The notes under the pieces are model-generated. The model worked only from the letters and a program-made list of their open reading frames with translations. It ran no database searches and had not been told where the DNA came from. Below, one piece after another: positions 38,966 through 49,301 of a stretch of 64,000 bases of DNA. A program made the translations under genes and the position numbers. The stretch's first letter is position 1, and the number at the start of each line of letters is the position of its first letter. The DNA comes from Oscillospiraceae bacterium (GTDB taxonomy: Bacteria > Bacillota > Clostridia > Oscillospirales > CAG-272), in NCBI GenBank assembly GCA_015065455.1, contig SVQI01000004.1, positions 12,593 to 76,592 of the forward strand, read 5' to 3'.

Positions 38966-40279
38966 ATGGTCAAAAAATACAAGGCTTCAATATACACGTT
39001 AGGCTGTCGCGTGAATTTATACGAGAGCGAAGCGATAGCAGACGGGCTTTCGGAAAACGGATTTGAGATATGCGATTTTTCAGAAGTGTGCGACGTATAT
39101 ATAATAAACACCTGTACCGTTACTGCCGAAAGTGACCGTAAATCAAGACAGATTATAAGACGGGCAATAAAAACTAACCCTGATGCAAGAATACTTGTGT
39201 GCGGGTGTTATTCACAGATGTTTCCGTCTGACGTAAGCATTATTGAAAACGTTGATTATATCGGCGGAACGACGGATAAGATGCAGATCGTATCAAAGGC
39301 AAAAGAGGTTGCCGAAAAAGGAAAAAACAAGTATCCGTATATGAACGTGGGAGATCCATTTGAATCGGATTTTGAATCAATGGAAGCTACGTTGCAGGAT
39401 AGGACAAGGGCTTTCCTAAAAATCGAGGACGGGTGCAATAATAAGTGCTCGTATTGTATAATACCTAAGGCAAGGGGAACTGTGCGCTCAAAGCCTATCG
39501 ATGACGTGATATGCGAGGTTGAGAAGATAGTATCAAATGGATATCGCGAAATTGTATTGGTAGGAATTGAAACTGCGGCATACGGAAGCGGAAAAGGGTA
39601 TAGCCTTATAGATCTTCTTGAAAGACTTGAAGATATAGAGGGACTTGATCGAATAAGACTTGGTTCGATAGAGCCGGCGTACTTAAAGGATAACGTGATT
39701 GAGAGATTATCGAAATTAAAAAAGACGATGCCTCATTATCACTTGTCATTGCAAAGCGGTAAAGATAAAACACTTAACGCGATGCGAAGACGTTATAATA
39801 CAAAGATGATAGACAGATGCGTTTCTTATATGAGAGAGATGATACCGAACGTTACGTTTGGCTCGGATTTCATAGTGGGATTTCCCGGAGAAACGGAAGA
39901 AGATTTTGAAGATACGATAGAGTTTATAGATTCTCTTGATATACTTAACAGCCATATTTTTTCATATTCGATAAGGCCGGGAACAGAGGCGGCAGAAATG
40001 ATAGAGCAGGTTATGCCCGATATTAAAGAAAAGAGGCATAAATCTATGCAGACGATGGCTGATTGTTCGGAAAAAAGATGTATTGAGCGATTTATCGATA
40101 ACAAGACTATTCTTGAAGTTTTGTTTGAAAAAGAGAGCGACGGATATTTTTACGGATACACCAATAATTTTATTTATGTAAAGGTTAAAAGCGGCAGGAA
40201 TTTATGCGGAAGCATAGAGAAAGTCGTTTTGAGCAAATATAACGAAATAGACAGAATAACTGAGGGAGATTTAATATGA
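38966..40279 (+). CDS. mtaB: tRNA t6A37 methylthiotransferase
   Basis: TLGCRVNLYES, NTCTVT, CNNKCSYC radical SAM motif. Confidence 0.92.
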   Translation: MVKKYKASIYTLGCRVNLYESEAIADGLSENGFEICDFSEVCDVYIINTCTVTAESDRKSRQIIRRAIKTNPDARILVCGCYSQMFPSDVSIIENVDYIGGTTDKMQIVSKAKEVAEKGKNKYPYMNVGDPFESDFESMEATLQDRTRAFLKIEDGCNNKCSYCIIPKARGTVRSKPIDDVICEVEKIVSNGYREIVLVGIETAAYGSGKGYSLIDLLERLEDIEGLDRIRLGSIEPAYLKDNVIERLSKLKKTMPHYHLSLQSGKDKTLNAMRRRYNTKMIDRCVSYMREMIPNVTFGSDFIVGFPGETEEDFEDTIEFIDSLDILNSHIFSYSIRPGTEAAEMIEQVMPDIKEKRHKSMQTMADCSEKRCIERFIDNKTILEVLFEKESDGYFYGYTNNFIYVKVKSGRNLCGSIEKVVLSKYNEIDRITEGDLI

Positions 40280-43200
40280 GCGTTTTCAGAGTTTTTGTTG
40301 AAAGAAAGCAGAACAACCGTATTGAAGCGGACAGCGTAAAGAGGGACCTCCGCGAAAATCTGATGATAGGAGGACTTGAGAACGTCAGACTTATTAACAG
40401 ATATTACGTTGAGGGAATCAGCGAGGAGATTTTTGAAAAGGCAAAATATACTATTTTTTCCGAGCCGCAGACTGACGTTGCGACCGAGGATTTTGAATAC
40501 AAAGAAGGCGACAGACTTTTTGCGGTAGAATATTTGCCGGGACAGTTTGACCAGAGAGCAGACTCATGTTCCCAGTGTATCCAGATTCTTACACAGGGCG
40601 ACAGACCTATTGTAAAGACAGCAAAGATTTATATTTTATCGGGTAATATTTCCGATGATGAATTCGAAAGCATAAAGAAATATGTTATCAACCCCGTTGA
40701 GAGCCGCGAGGCGTCGTTTGAAATGCCCGCATCTCTTGAGGACAAGCACGAAATGCCCGATATGGTTCCCACTATTGACGGCTTTATAAAGATGACAAGA
40801 CCTGATTTTAAGGGCTTTATAGGCAAATATGCGCTTGCTATGGATGAAGATGACGTAGAGTTCTGTGTTTCATATTTCAGAGATGAGGAAAAGAGAGATC
40901 CTACTTTGTCAGAGCTTCGTCTTATTGACTCATATTGGTCAGACCATTGCCGTCATACAACGTTCTTGACACAGATTGACGGTGTAAAGATAGAGGATTC
41001 ATTTATTGCAGATACATATAAGGATTATCTTGCAAAGAGAGAAGAGGTTTATGCAGGCAGAAAGAATAAACCTATGACTCTTATGGATATCGGCACTTTG
41101 GCTGCTAAATATCTCAAGAAGAAGGGGGTTTTGAAGAACCTCGATGAATCTGAAGAGATCAATGCTTGTTCGGTAAGAATAAAGGCAGAGATAGACGGAG
41201 AAGAGCAGGATTGGCTTTTGATGTTCAAGAACGAAACACATAACCATCCGACAGAAATCGAGCCTTTCGGTGGTGCGGCAACTTGTCTTGGCGGAGCTAT
41301 CCGAGATCCCCTTTCCGGTAGATCTTACGTATATCAGGCAATGCGTGTAACGGGTGCAGCTGACCCGAGAAAGAAAGTAAGCGAAACTATTCCCGGAAAG
41401 CTTCCTCAGTCAAAGATTACGACAGGTGCAGCTAACGGATACAGCTCATACGGTAACCAGATAGGTCTTGCTACGGGTTGTGTAAATGAGATTTATCATC
41501 CCAACTATGTTGCAAAGAGACTTGAGATAGGCGCAGTAGTTGCTGCAGCTCCCGCAGAAAACGTTATAAGAGAAGTTCCCGAAGACGGCGACGTTGTTAT
41601 CTTGCTCGGCGGAAGAACAGGAAGAGACGGTTGCGGCGGTGCTACAGGTTCATCAAAATCACATACGATAGAATCACTTGTAAAATGCGGAGCAGAAGTT
41701 CAGAAGGGTAACCCCCCCGAAGAAAGAAAGCTTCAGAGACTTTTCCGTTCAAAAGAAGCTACAACGCTTATTCGTCGTTGTAACGACTTTGGTGCGGGCG
41801 GTATATCCGTTGCTATCGGTGAACTTGCGGACGGTCTTGATATAGATTTGTCAAAGGTTCCGAAGAAATACGAAGGTCTTGACGGTACAGAACTTGCGAT
41901 TTCCGAATCTCAGGAAAGAATGGCGGTTGTTGTAAGAGCAAAGGATGCAGAGAAGTTTATGCAGCTTGCATTGGCTGAAAACCTTGAATCAACAATTGTT
42001 GCAAGAATAACAGAAGAAAAGCGTCTCAGAATGCATTGGAACGGAAAGACAACGGTTGACCTTTCCAGAGAGTTCCTCAATTCAAACGGCGCTGAAAAGC
42101 ATACACAGATTGAAGTTAAGAAGGCAGAAGTTGAAGAGATTTTTGCAACTTCAGTTAGCGAACACGTAAAGGAAACAGCTAAAGAAAGCTTTATGTCACT
42201 TGTTTCCGATCTCAACGTATGCTCGCAGAGAGGTTTGGTAAGCAGATTCGACTCATCTATCGGTGCAGGAAGCGTTGTAATGCCTTACGGCGGTAAGACA
42301 CAGTCCACAGCTCCTCAGTATATGGCGGCTAAGCTTCCCGTACTTAAGGGTGAAACAAACACGGTATCTGTTATGGCGTACGGTTATAACCCGATGATAG
42401 CAGATAAGAGCCCCTACCACAGTGCATTGTATGCAGTAGCTGAAAGCGTTGCAAGAATGGTTGCTGCTGGTGTACCTTATGAAAATTGTTATTTGACGTT
42501 CCAGGAATATTTTGAAAGAACAAACAACAAGCCTGAAAGATGGGGCAAGCCCTTTGCGGCACTCCTCGGCGCATTCAGAGCTCAGACGGAGCTTGGTCTT
42601 GCTGCTATTGGCGGTAAGGATAGTATGAGCGGAACATTTGAACAGATAGACGTTCCCCCCACACTTGTTTCATTTGCTTGTGCGGCTACAAAGCTTCAGA
42701 ATATTACAACTCCCGAATTTAAATCAGCAGGCAGCAAAGTATACTATATAGCTCCCGAATATGATGAAAACGGAATTGTATGTTTTGAATCCTTGAAGAA
42801 GGTATTTACTTACATTCACGCACTTATTACAGAAAAGAAGGCTAAGGCTGTATACACACTCGGTTACGGCGGTATTGCAGAAGCTGTTATAAAGATGAGC
42901 TTTGGTAACGAAATTGGTTTTGAATTTGCCGATGTTAAGGATATCAAAGAATTGTTTGAAACAAAATACGGTTCGTTTGTTGTAGAGACCGATGCGGAAA
43001 TCGAAGGAAAGCTGATCGGTAAGACAACGGAAAAGGCAGCAATCGTTGTAAACGGTGAAGAAATTTGTATAAAGGCTCTTAAAGAAGCGTGGGAAGCTCC
43101 CTTGCAGAAGGTATTCCCCACAGAAGCAAAGGGTATAGGCAAGGATACGACAGAAACGTTTGCATATGCAGAGAGAAATGTATCAAGACCTGCAATAAAG

Positions 43201-44007
43201 GTTGCAAAGCCCCGTGTTATTATTCCCGTATTCCCCGGTACCAACTGTGAATACGATACTGCAAGAGCGTTTGAAAGAGCAGGAGCTGAAGCAGAAATAT
43301 TCGTGCTTCGCAATATTAACTCCGACGTTCTTACACAGTCGATAAGAGAATTTGCTGAAAAGATTGATAACAGCCAGATACTTATGATCCCCGGAGGATT
43401 CTCAGGTGGTGACGAGCCCGACGGTTCAGGTAAGTTTATAACAGCAGTACTCCGTAACCCCAGAGTTAAGGAAGCTGTGACAAATCTTCTTGAAAACCGC
43501 GACGGACTTATGCTCGGTATCTGTAACGGTTTCCAGGCGCTCGTAAAATCCGGACTTCTTCCTTACGGTAAGATTATGGACACAATGGAAACAGACAGTC
43601 CTACGCTTACTTTCAACGCCATTGGCAGACACCAGTCACAGATGGTACAGACAAGAATTTCGTCTGTTAAGTCTCCTTGGTTTGCAAATGTAAATACAGG
43701 GGATATTCATACTGTTCCGATCAGCCACGGCGAAGGTAGATTTACAGCTCCGGAAGCGCTTATCAGACAGATGGCGGCAAACGGACAGATTGCAACGCAG
43801 TACGTTGATGAAAAGGGAAATCCGACTATGGATATTACGTTTAACCCCAACGCATCAGATTTTGCTATTGAAGGTATTACAAGCCCTGACGGCAGAATTC
43901 TCGGTAAGATGGCACACAGCGAACGTATAGGCAACGGAGTTGCAATAAACGTTCCCGGTGAACAGGACCAGAAGATATTCCTTTCGGGTGTAGAATACTT
44001 TAAATAA
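40276..44007 (+). CDS. purL: Phosphoribosylformylglycinamidine synthase (fused type)
   Basis: WSDHCRH, ETHNHPT, SESQERM, GICNGFQ, HGEG. Confidence 0.96.
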   Translation: MSVFRVFVERKQNNRIEADSVKRDLRENLMIGGLENVRLINRYYVEGISEEIFEKAKYTIFSEPQTDVATEDFEYKEGDRLFAVEYLPGQFDQRADSCSQCIQILTQGDRPIVKTAKIYILSGNISDDEFESIKKYVINPVESREASFEMPASLEDKHEMPDMVPTIDGFIKMTRPDFKGFIGKYALAMDEDDVEFCVSYFRDEEKRDPTLSELRLIDSYWSDHCRHTTFLTQIDGVKIEDSFIADTYKDYLAKREEVYAGRKNKPMTLMDIGTLAAKYLKKKGVLKNLDESEEINACSVRIKAEIDGEEQDWLLMFKNETHNHPTEIEPFGGAATCLGGAIRDPLSGRSYVYQAMRVTGAADPRKKVSETIPGKLPQSKITTGAANGYSSYGNQIGLATGCVNEIYHPNYVAKRLEIGAVVAAAPAENVIREVPEDGDVVILLGGRTGRDGCGGATGSSKSHTIESLVKCGAEVQKGNPPEERKLQRLFRSKEATTLIRRCNDFGAGGISVAIGELADGLDIDLSKVPKKYEGLDGTELAISESQERMAVVVRAKDAEKFMQLALAENLESTIVARITEEKRLRMHWNGKTTVDLSREFLNSNGAEKHTQIEVKKAEVEEIFATSVSEHVKETAKESFMSLVSDLNVCSQRGLVSRFDSSIGAGSVVMPYGGKTQSTAPQYMAAKLPVLKGETNTVSVMAYGYNPMIADKSPYHSALYAVAESVARMVAAGVPYENCYLTFQEYFERTNNKPERWGKPFAALLGAFRAQTELGLAAIGGKDSMSGTFEQIDVPPTLVSFACAATKLQNITTPEFKSAGSKVYYIAPEYDENGIVCFESLKKVFTYIHALITEKKAKAVYTLGYGGIAEAVIKMSFGNEIGFEFADVKDIKELFETKYGSFVVETDAEIEGKLIGKTTEKAAIVVNGEEICIKALKEAWEAPLQKVFPTEAKGIGKDTTETFAYAERNVSRPAIKVAKPRVIIPVFPGTNCEYDTARAFERAGAEAEIFVLRNINSDVLTQSIREFAEKIDNSQILMIPGGFSGGDEPDGSGKFITAVLRNPRVKEAVTNLLENRDGLMLGICNGFQALVKSGLLPYGKIMDTMETDSPTLTFNAIGRHQSQMVQTRISSVKSPWFANVNTGDIHTVPISHGEGRFTAPEALIRQMAANGQIATQYVDEKGNPTMDITFNPNASDFAIEGITSPDGRILGKMAHSERIGNGVAINVPGEQDQKIFLSGVEYFK

Positions 44008-44015
44008 TTTCTAAC

Positions 44016-44061
44016 AAAAAAGACGCTTATGATTTTTAAGATCATAGGCGTCTGTTTTTTT
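44016..44061 (+). terminator. Intrinsic terminator
   Basis: AGACGCTTATGAT/ATCATAGGCGTCT plus T run. Confidence 0.8.
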
Positions 44062-44070
44062 ATTATTTTA

Positions 44071-44098
44071 ACAAATACAAGCAGTTTTGCATAGAATA
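44071..44098 (+). promoter_or_regulatory. Possible sigma-K-type sporulation promoter
   Basis: ACA-N16-CATAGAATA. Confidence 0.45.
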
Positions 44099-44131
44099 CT
44101 CTTGAAAAAGTAATTGAGAGGGAGATAATAA

Positions 44132-45172
44132 ATGCAGAACGAAAAGAAATATTTTGCATCAGCAAATACAGAAAAAGGTTTTGTATCTTATTTTGATGAA
44201 ATATACGGAAATCTTAATATGGTATATATTATAAAGGGCGGTCCCGGAACAGGCAAATCGCATTTTATGAGAAATATAGCGGATGAAGCCGAGGAGAAAG
44301 GTTATTCGGTGGAGTATTTTTACTGCTCATCAGATCCTTTATCTCTTGATGGAGTAATAATAGAGGAACTTGGCGTTGCTGTTATAGACGGCACAGCGCC
44401 GCATACGTACGACCCGCGTGTACCGGGAGTAAGGGAGAAAATTATAAATCTTGGCGAGAACTGGGATTGCAAAAAGTTAGAAGAAAATAAAGACGAAATA
44501 TGCAGAATAGTTCAGGAGAAGAATTTGGTATACAATAACATATATAATTATTTGTCAGCCTCGGGTAGAGTAGAGGCGGAGATAAAGATGTTTAACAGAA
44601 AGGCGATAAAGTTTGAAAAAATGCAGGCGGCGGTAAACAGGTTGGCAAAGGGATGGAAGACAGGAAATGGATTTGTCAAAAAACTGCGAGTAATTGACGG
44701 AATATCTCATGCAGGGCATATTGTATATGATACATACCATAATTTATCTGATAATAAGTATGTGATCCACGATAGATACGGCGTCGGGACAGTTTTTATT
44801 GATATGATAATGAAGTGCGCAGAGTGTAAGGGATTGAAGGCGGTTTACAGTCCGGGGTGCATCGATGTTTCAAGTGTTGTAGGAGTTTATTTACCGGAGG
44901 TTTCAAGCTCTTTTGTGATATGCGACGATGACGGTGTTGACAAAAAGCAGATAAATATGGACAGATTTGTTGACGTCGATATAATCAGAAAAAACAAGCA
45001 AAAAAACCGATTTGCAAGGCGCTGTCTCAGTTCGTTGTATGAAGGGGTTCAAAAAGGGTTTGACGAGGTGTATGAACTTCATTCCGAGCTTGAAAGTTAT
45101 TATATAAAAGCTATGGATTTTTCAAAAAATGTAAGTCTTTTGAAGTCGGTAAAGAGAGAAATATTTATATAA
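44132..45172 (+). CDS. P-loop ATPase, PRK06851-like
   Basis: YFASANTEKGF, KGGPGTGKS, CSSDPLSLDGV, DGTAPH. Confidence 0.8.
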   Translation: MQNEKKYFASANTEKGFVSYFDEIYGNLNMVYIIKGGPGTGKSHFMRNIADEAEEKGYSVEYFYCSSDPLSLDGVIIEELGVAVIDGTAPHTYDPRVPGVREKIINLGENWDCKKLEENKDEICRIVQEKNLVYNNIYNYLSASGRVEAEIKMFNRKAIKFEKMQAAVNRLAKGWKTGNGFVKKLRVIDGISHAGHIVYDTYHNLSDNKYVIHDRYGVGTVFIDMIMKCAECKGLKAVYSPGCIDVSSVVGVYLPEVSSSFVICDDDGVDKKQINMDRFVDVDIIRKNKQKNRFARRCLSSLYEGVQKGFDEVYELHSELESYYIKAMDFSKNVSLLKSVKREIFI

Positions 45173-45206
45173 TAACAAAATAATGCTCACTGAAAAAAAG
45201 TGAGCA

Positions 45207-45506
45207 TTATTTTGTTACAGGGTAGTATATGAGTCCGTTCATAGTTAAAGTGCCGTTAGAATTGATGGCATATTCAATTACCATGGCTTCTCCTTTGTTA
45301 TCAATTGTAACTTTGTCTTCGGTAACTGAAAATTTATATTTTTCTTTTCCTTTTTTGAAAGTGCCGTCAGTACAGAACTCTATAACGTTTCCTTCGTGTT
45401 CCCATACACCAACAATTTGATGTCCTGCAACCTTTGAAGCGCAGGAGGATAGAAAGAGACAAATTAATATTGCGTACAAAATATATTTTATATTATTTCT
45501 TATCAT
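45207..45506 (-). CDS. Small lipoprotein
   Basis: Lipobox LSSC, IVGVW motif, AGGA RBS. Confidence 0.75.
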   Translation of the reverse strand: MIRNNIKYILYAILICLFLSSCASKVAGHQIVGVWEHEGNVIEFCTDGTFKKGKEKYKFSVTEDKVTIDNKGEAMVIEYAINSNGTLTMNGLIYYPVTK

Positions 45507-45687
45507 AGGTTTCCTTTTAAAATGTAGATTTTAAAATAGTATTTGCTTAACGTGATAAATAATAAGCATATTGTAATAAAATGAATAATGGAAAAATGAG
45601 GCAAACTTGACACATAAAAGCAAAAATGATATAATTAACGTGAAAAAATAAGCAAATATATACAAACGAATGAGAGATGTATTATTT

Positions 45688-47898
45688 ATGAATATGAGAA
45701 AGAAAATAGCTATAGGCGGTATAATATTTTTTGCGCTTTCCGTTATTCTGACTGTAATATTGGCTTTCGTTGTTACAAGGCTGAACAAACCGGAGTATGA
45801 GCCGGCACCACCGGAAGCTCCGCGTTTAACGAAGTTAAGTGTAGCGGGAGAATCAATTGCTTTTTCTCCCGAGTTAAGATATTATGAAGTAAAGCTTCCT
45901 TTGGGTAATCCTATTGTACCAAAGATTTCTGCAAGTGCAAAAGAAGGAATAAAAGTGGAAGTCTTTCAGGCGTTTATTGCAGACGGTAAGAACGAAGGAA
46001 AAGCTCAGATTTTTTTAGATGACGGAAAATACACAAACAGTTATGAGGTTAAATTTAAAAAGGATAAATCTGAAGGGCTTGTACTCCAGTATGACGACAG
46101 ATATAAGTTTACTCCCGATTATAAGTTAAAGGAAGGAGAAAAATTTACTTATTCTGTTGAAGGTGAAGGTAATAATATTAAAATTGACTCTAACGGCGTA
46201 ATTAAGGTAATCTCGGTTTACGATGGGACATCTACAGTAAAAGCGTATGTCGGAGATAAACACGTTGACAGTTTAAAGGTTAACAAGACCGTTAAAGCAG
46301 TAATTGATATGTTTATAGTTACAGGACAGGGAAATGCCGCAGGAGAGGGCGGAAATGCCGAAGAAAGTAACAAAACAAAAGAGGGAACTGCATATACTGT
46401 TGAGCTTGAAGACAGAAAAAATGAGTTAAAGGATTTATCCCAAGGCAGACGTGGCTTTGCACCCGCTTTGGCGGAAAAATGGTATTCTGTTACAGGAAGA
46501 AAGGTTATATTTATACAGACTGCAGTTTCTGACGTATCAGTTACGCAGTGGACTCCTGAGGGCGAAGCATATAATATGGCTGTCAGCCGAATACAATATT
46601 TTTTGGATAAGCTTTCTGCCGACGACTCAAACTATATAATAGATAAAAAAATATGCTTGTGGCTTCAGGGGGAATGGGATATTTCACAGAGAATGGCCCC
46701 TGAGGAATATATAAAGCATTTTACAGCATTTAAGAATGGAATTAAAGAAACAATAAATACGGAAATGACAGCAATCATTCCGGTTCGTTCTTCGGAGATT
46801 GTTGATAGCAATAAGACTGTTTTTGATGCGATAACTGCGGCTCAGTATAAGCTCAGCAATATGTATTCTGATGTAAGAGTAATAACTGTTCTTCCGGAGC
46901 AGGCAAGTATGGAAAACGGGTACATCAGCGCAGGAAATCTTTACTATACACAGTTGGGATATAATTTAATAGGCGAGGACGTAGCCCAGAATTTATATAA
47001 TTATTACAACGTAAGAGCCGACCGTAGCGTAAAGAAGATTGAGTTATACGGTAGTCTGAAAAATGATATGTATGAACAGGGAAAGATTCTCAGACTTAAA
47101 AAGGGTGAGACTATTCGTACAATCGCTCTTATAACTCCTTTATATGCCAAAGACACTAAAGTAAACGTTGTGTTTGATGAAAGCCGAATAAAGTATTCGG
47201 AAGCAGGCTTTATTTCGATAGCAGAGGGTAATACGGAATACGGAATGTATGAAGTAGTATTTGAGTGCGGCGGAGTTGAGCTTAAGCTTCTTATAGAGTA
47301 TTACGATGACGCCGCTGAATTGGTGGGGAAAAATATATTGTACACATGGGATTTTAATGATCTTAATGAAAAGAGCAACAGTAATACCCTTGCCTTGTCG
47401 GACAAATCTGTTGCTGATAAATACGCAATTCAGGATGGAATGATTGTATCGGGCGAAAGAGCCGTTGATTTTGTGTTTGAGAAAAAGATTGAACTTGCCT
47501 CTGACGTTGGTTGGAATATTGAATGGAAGGGTAGTCTAAACGATAACGGAATAATTCTTGGAAACAGTTTTAGTACAAAGGGTTATATATACCTTGCTCC
47601 GTTTGCAGAGAATATGGGGTATTCAATCAGAATGGTTGACGATGACGGCAAGACTTTTTATTTGCCGTACGGCGAACATGCAAACGACAATAAGAGCTTA
47701 AACGTATGGAGGATCAACTATACGAAGGAGAGTAGAACGCTCACTCTTTACGTAAACGGTCTTGTCGTTTCGAGTGTGGACGTAGAAAAAGACTTTAAAT
47801 TTACTCTGACCAATCTTTTTGGCAGATATGGAAACGAAAACGTAAATTACTGTTATACGGGATGTGTTGATTATCTCAGCATTTCAGTAGGAAAATAA
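45688..47898 (+). CDS. Membrane-anchored protein with degenerate SGNH (sialate O-acetylesterase-like) and C-terminal lectin/LamG-like domains
   Basis: N-terminal TM helix; FIVTGQGNAAG, LWLQGEWD, GNLYYTQLGY; start could be 45670-45694. Confidence 0.65.
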   Translation: MNMRKKIAIGGIIFFALSVILTVILAFVVTRLNKPEYEPAPPEAPRLTKLSVAGESIAFSPELRYYEVKLPLGNPIVPKISASAKEGIKVEVFQAFIADGKNEGKAQIFLDDGKYTNSYEVKFKKDKSEGLVLQYDDRYKFTPDYKLKEGEKFTYSVEGEGNNIKIDSNGVIKVISVYDGTSTVKAYVGDKHVDSLKVNKTVKAVIDMFIVTGQGNAAGEGGNAEESNKTKEGTAYTVELEDRKNELKDLSQGRRGFAPALAEKWYSVTGRKVIFIQTAVSDVSVTQWTPEGEAYNMAVSRIQYFLDKLSADDSNYIIDKKICLWLQGEWDISQRMAPEEYIKHFTAFKNGIKETINTEMTAIIPVRSSEIVDSNKTVFDAITAAQYKLSNMYSDVRVITVLPEQASMENGYISAGNLYYTQLGYNLIGEDVAQNLYNYYNVRADRSVKKIELYGSLKNDMYEQGKILRLKKGETIRTIALITPLYAKDTKVNVVFDESRIKYSEAGFISIAEGNTEYGMYEVVFECGGVELKLLIEYYDDAAELVGKNILYTWDFNDLNEKSNSNTLALSDKSVADKYAIQDGMIVSGERAVDFVFEKKIELASDVGWNIEWKGSLNDNGIILGNSFSTKGYIYLAPFAENMGYSIRMVDDDGKTFYLPYGEHANDNKSLNVWRINYTKESRTLTLYVNGLVVSSVDVEKDFKFTLTNLFGRYGNENVNYCYTGCVDYLSISVGK

Positions 47899-47919
47899 TA
47901 AAAGAAAGAGGGTATTGAT

Positions 47920-49242
47920 GTGAGCGCTAAAAAAGTTGTAAAATATGCGATTATTATTTTATGTACAGTTCTTATGTTTATATCCTCGTTTGTTGTGACA
48001 GGTGGCGTTACGGAAAAAACTGTATATTTACGTGACGGCGGAAACGGAGACGGTTCGTCTTATGAAAATGCAATAGGAGATTTTAAATCAGCAGTCAGGC
48101 TTCTTGCAGACAGCGGAGGCAGAATTGTTATATGCGGAAAATATACTTTTAATAAGCTTATAGCTTTATCCGAACAGAGCGGAACTGCGAATAATAACAG
48201 AACTATCACAGTAACAAGCGTTGACGGAGAAAAGGATTACAGAATAACCGATAACGCTGCATTGTGTATGGGTGATGATGAAAGCAGTGCCAATATGGTT
48301 CTGGCGGGGGACTTTGTTTTTGAAAAAATGAATATTATAACAAACGGAAGCGAAATCCCCAGAGCAATAATATGCGGAGGAAATAAAACTGTATTTGGCG
48401 AAGGTATTATATGTAAAAAAATTGGAAAAGCGCCTTATGTTTCTGTCGTCGGAGTGTCGTTTGATGAGAATGTAATAAAAAACGGTAAGATATCAATCGA
48501 AAGCGGTACTTACAATTACGTTTGCGCAGGAAACAGGAACGGTATTCATAAGGGGGATACTTCTCTGACGATAAACGGCGGAACCTTTGAAGGAATGGTT
48601 TCCGTGTCAGGTATAGAAGGTGAGAGCAACGTACAGGACGGTGATGCTTCAATAACGATAAACGGCGGAAACTTTTTAGGCCCCGTAGGTGCAATAACAA
48701 AGGTTTCGGGGGAGTTGCAGCTGGTTATTAACGGTGGTACTTTCCGAACTAATATTACGGCAATGGGAAAGACAAATAATATTGAAATAAACGGTGGAGG
48801 TCTTCAGAACGTTGATGCAATAAGGGTAGGATATTCAGATGCTCCGGCTGAAAGCGGAAACGATAAACCTAATGAGACAAAGGAATCTTCCATTATAAAT
48901 ATAAACACATATAACGGTGACGTTAATAAGCTTGTTTCAAAGATACAAGGTGACGGAATAAAGATAAATATTAAGACAGAGGGCGGAAGTGATATAGAAA
49001 CAGGGCAATCACCCGTTGTAACTACACCGATCATACCAAATACCTCAGAGAATACAACACCTGAGCAAACAGAAAAGGATGATGAAAATAACGTTCAGAA
49101 CAGTGAGAAAAACTACCTGTTGGGAAGTAGGGAAAACACTGTGATAGTTTGTATAGCACTTGTTGGTGTTGTGTTTTTGTCTATTGTTGCTTTAGTGTAC
49201 AGAGCAATACATGGAAATGACAATAATCAGCCGAAAGAGTAA
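47920..49242 (+). CDS. Surface protein with signal peptide and C-terminal TM anchor
   Basis: GNGDGSS, GGRIVICG, INGG repeats, Thr/Pro/Glu linker, C-terminal hydrophobic helix. Confidence 0.75.
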   Translation: MSAKKVVKYAIIILCTVLMFISSFVVTGGVTEKTVYLRDGGNGDGSSYENAIGDFKSAVRLLADSGGRIVICGKYTFNKLIALSEQSGTANNNRTITVTSVDGEKDYRITDNAALCMGDDESSANMVLAGDFVFEKMNIITNGSEIPRAIICGGNKTVFGEGIICKKIGKAPYVSVVGVSFDENVIKNGKISIESGTYNYVCAGNRNGIHKGDTSLTINGGTFEGMVSVSGIEGESNVQDGDASITINGGNFLGPVGAITKVSGELQLVINGGTFRTNITAMGKTNNIEINGGGLQNVDAIRVGYSDAPAESGNDKPNETKESSIININTYNGDVNKLVSKIQGDGIKINIKTEGGSDIETGQSPVVTTPIIPNTSENTTPEQTEKDDENNVQNSEKNYLLGSRENTVIVCIALVGVVFLSIVALVYRAIHGNDNNQPKE

Positions 49243-49243
49243 T

Positions 49244-49286
49244 AAAAAACCGATAAATTTCGTGATAGAAATTTATCGGTTTTTTT
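49244..49286. terminator. Bidirectional terminator
   Basis: AAAAAACCGATAAATTTC/GAAATTTATCGGTTTTTT. Confidence 0.85.
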
Positions 49287-49301
49287 ATATCAATGTATAA
49301 A

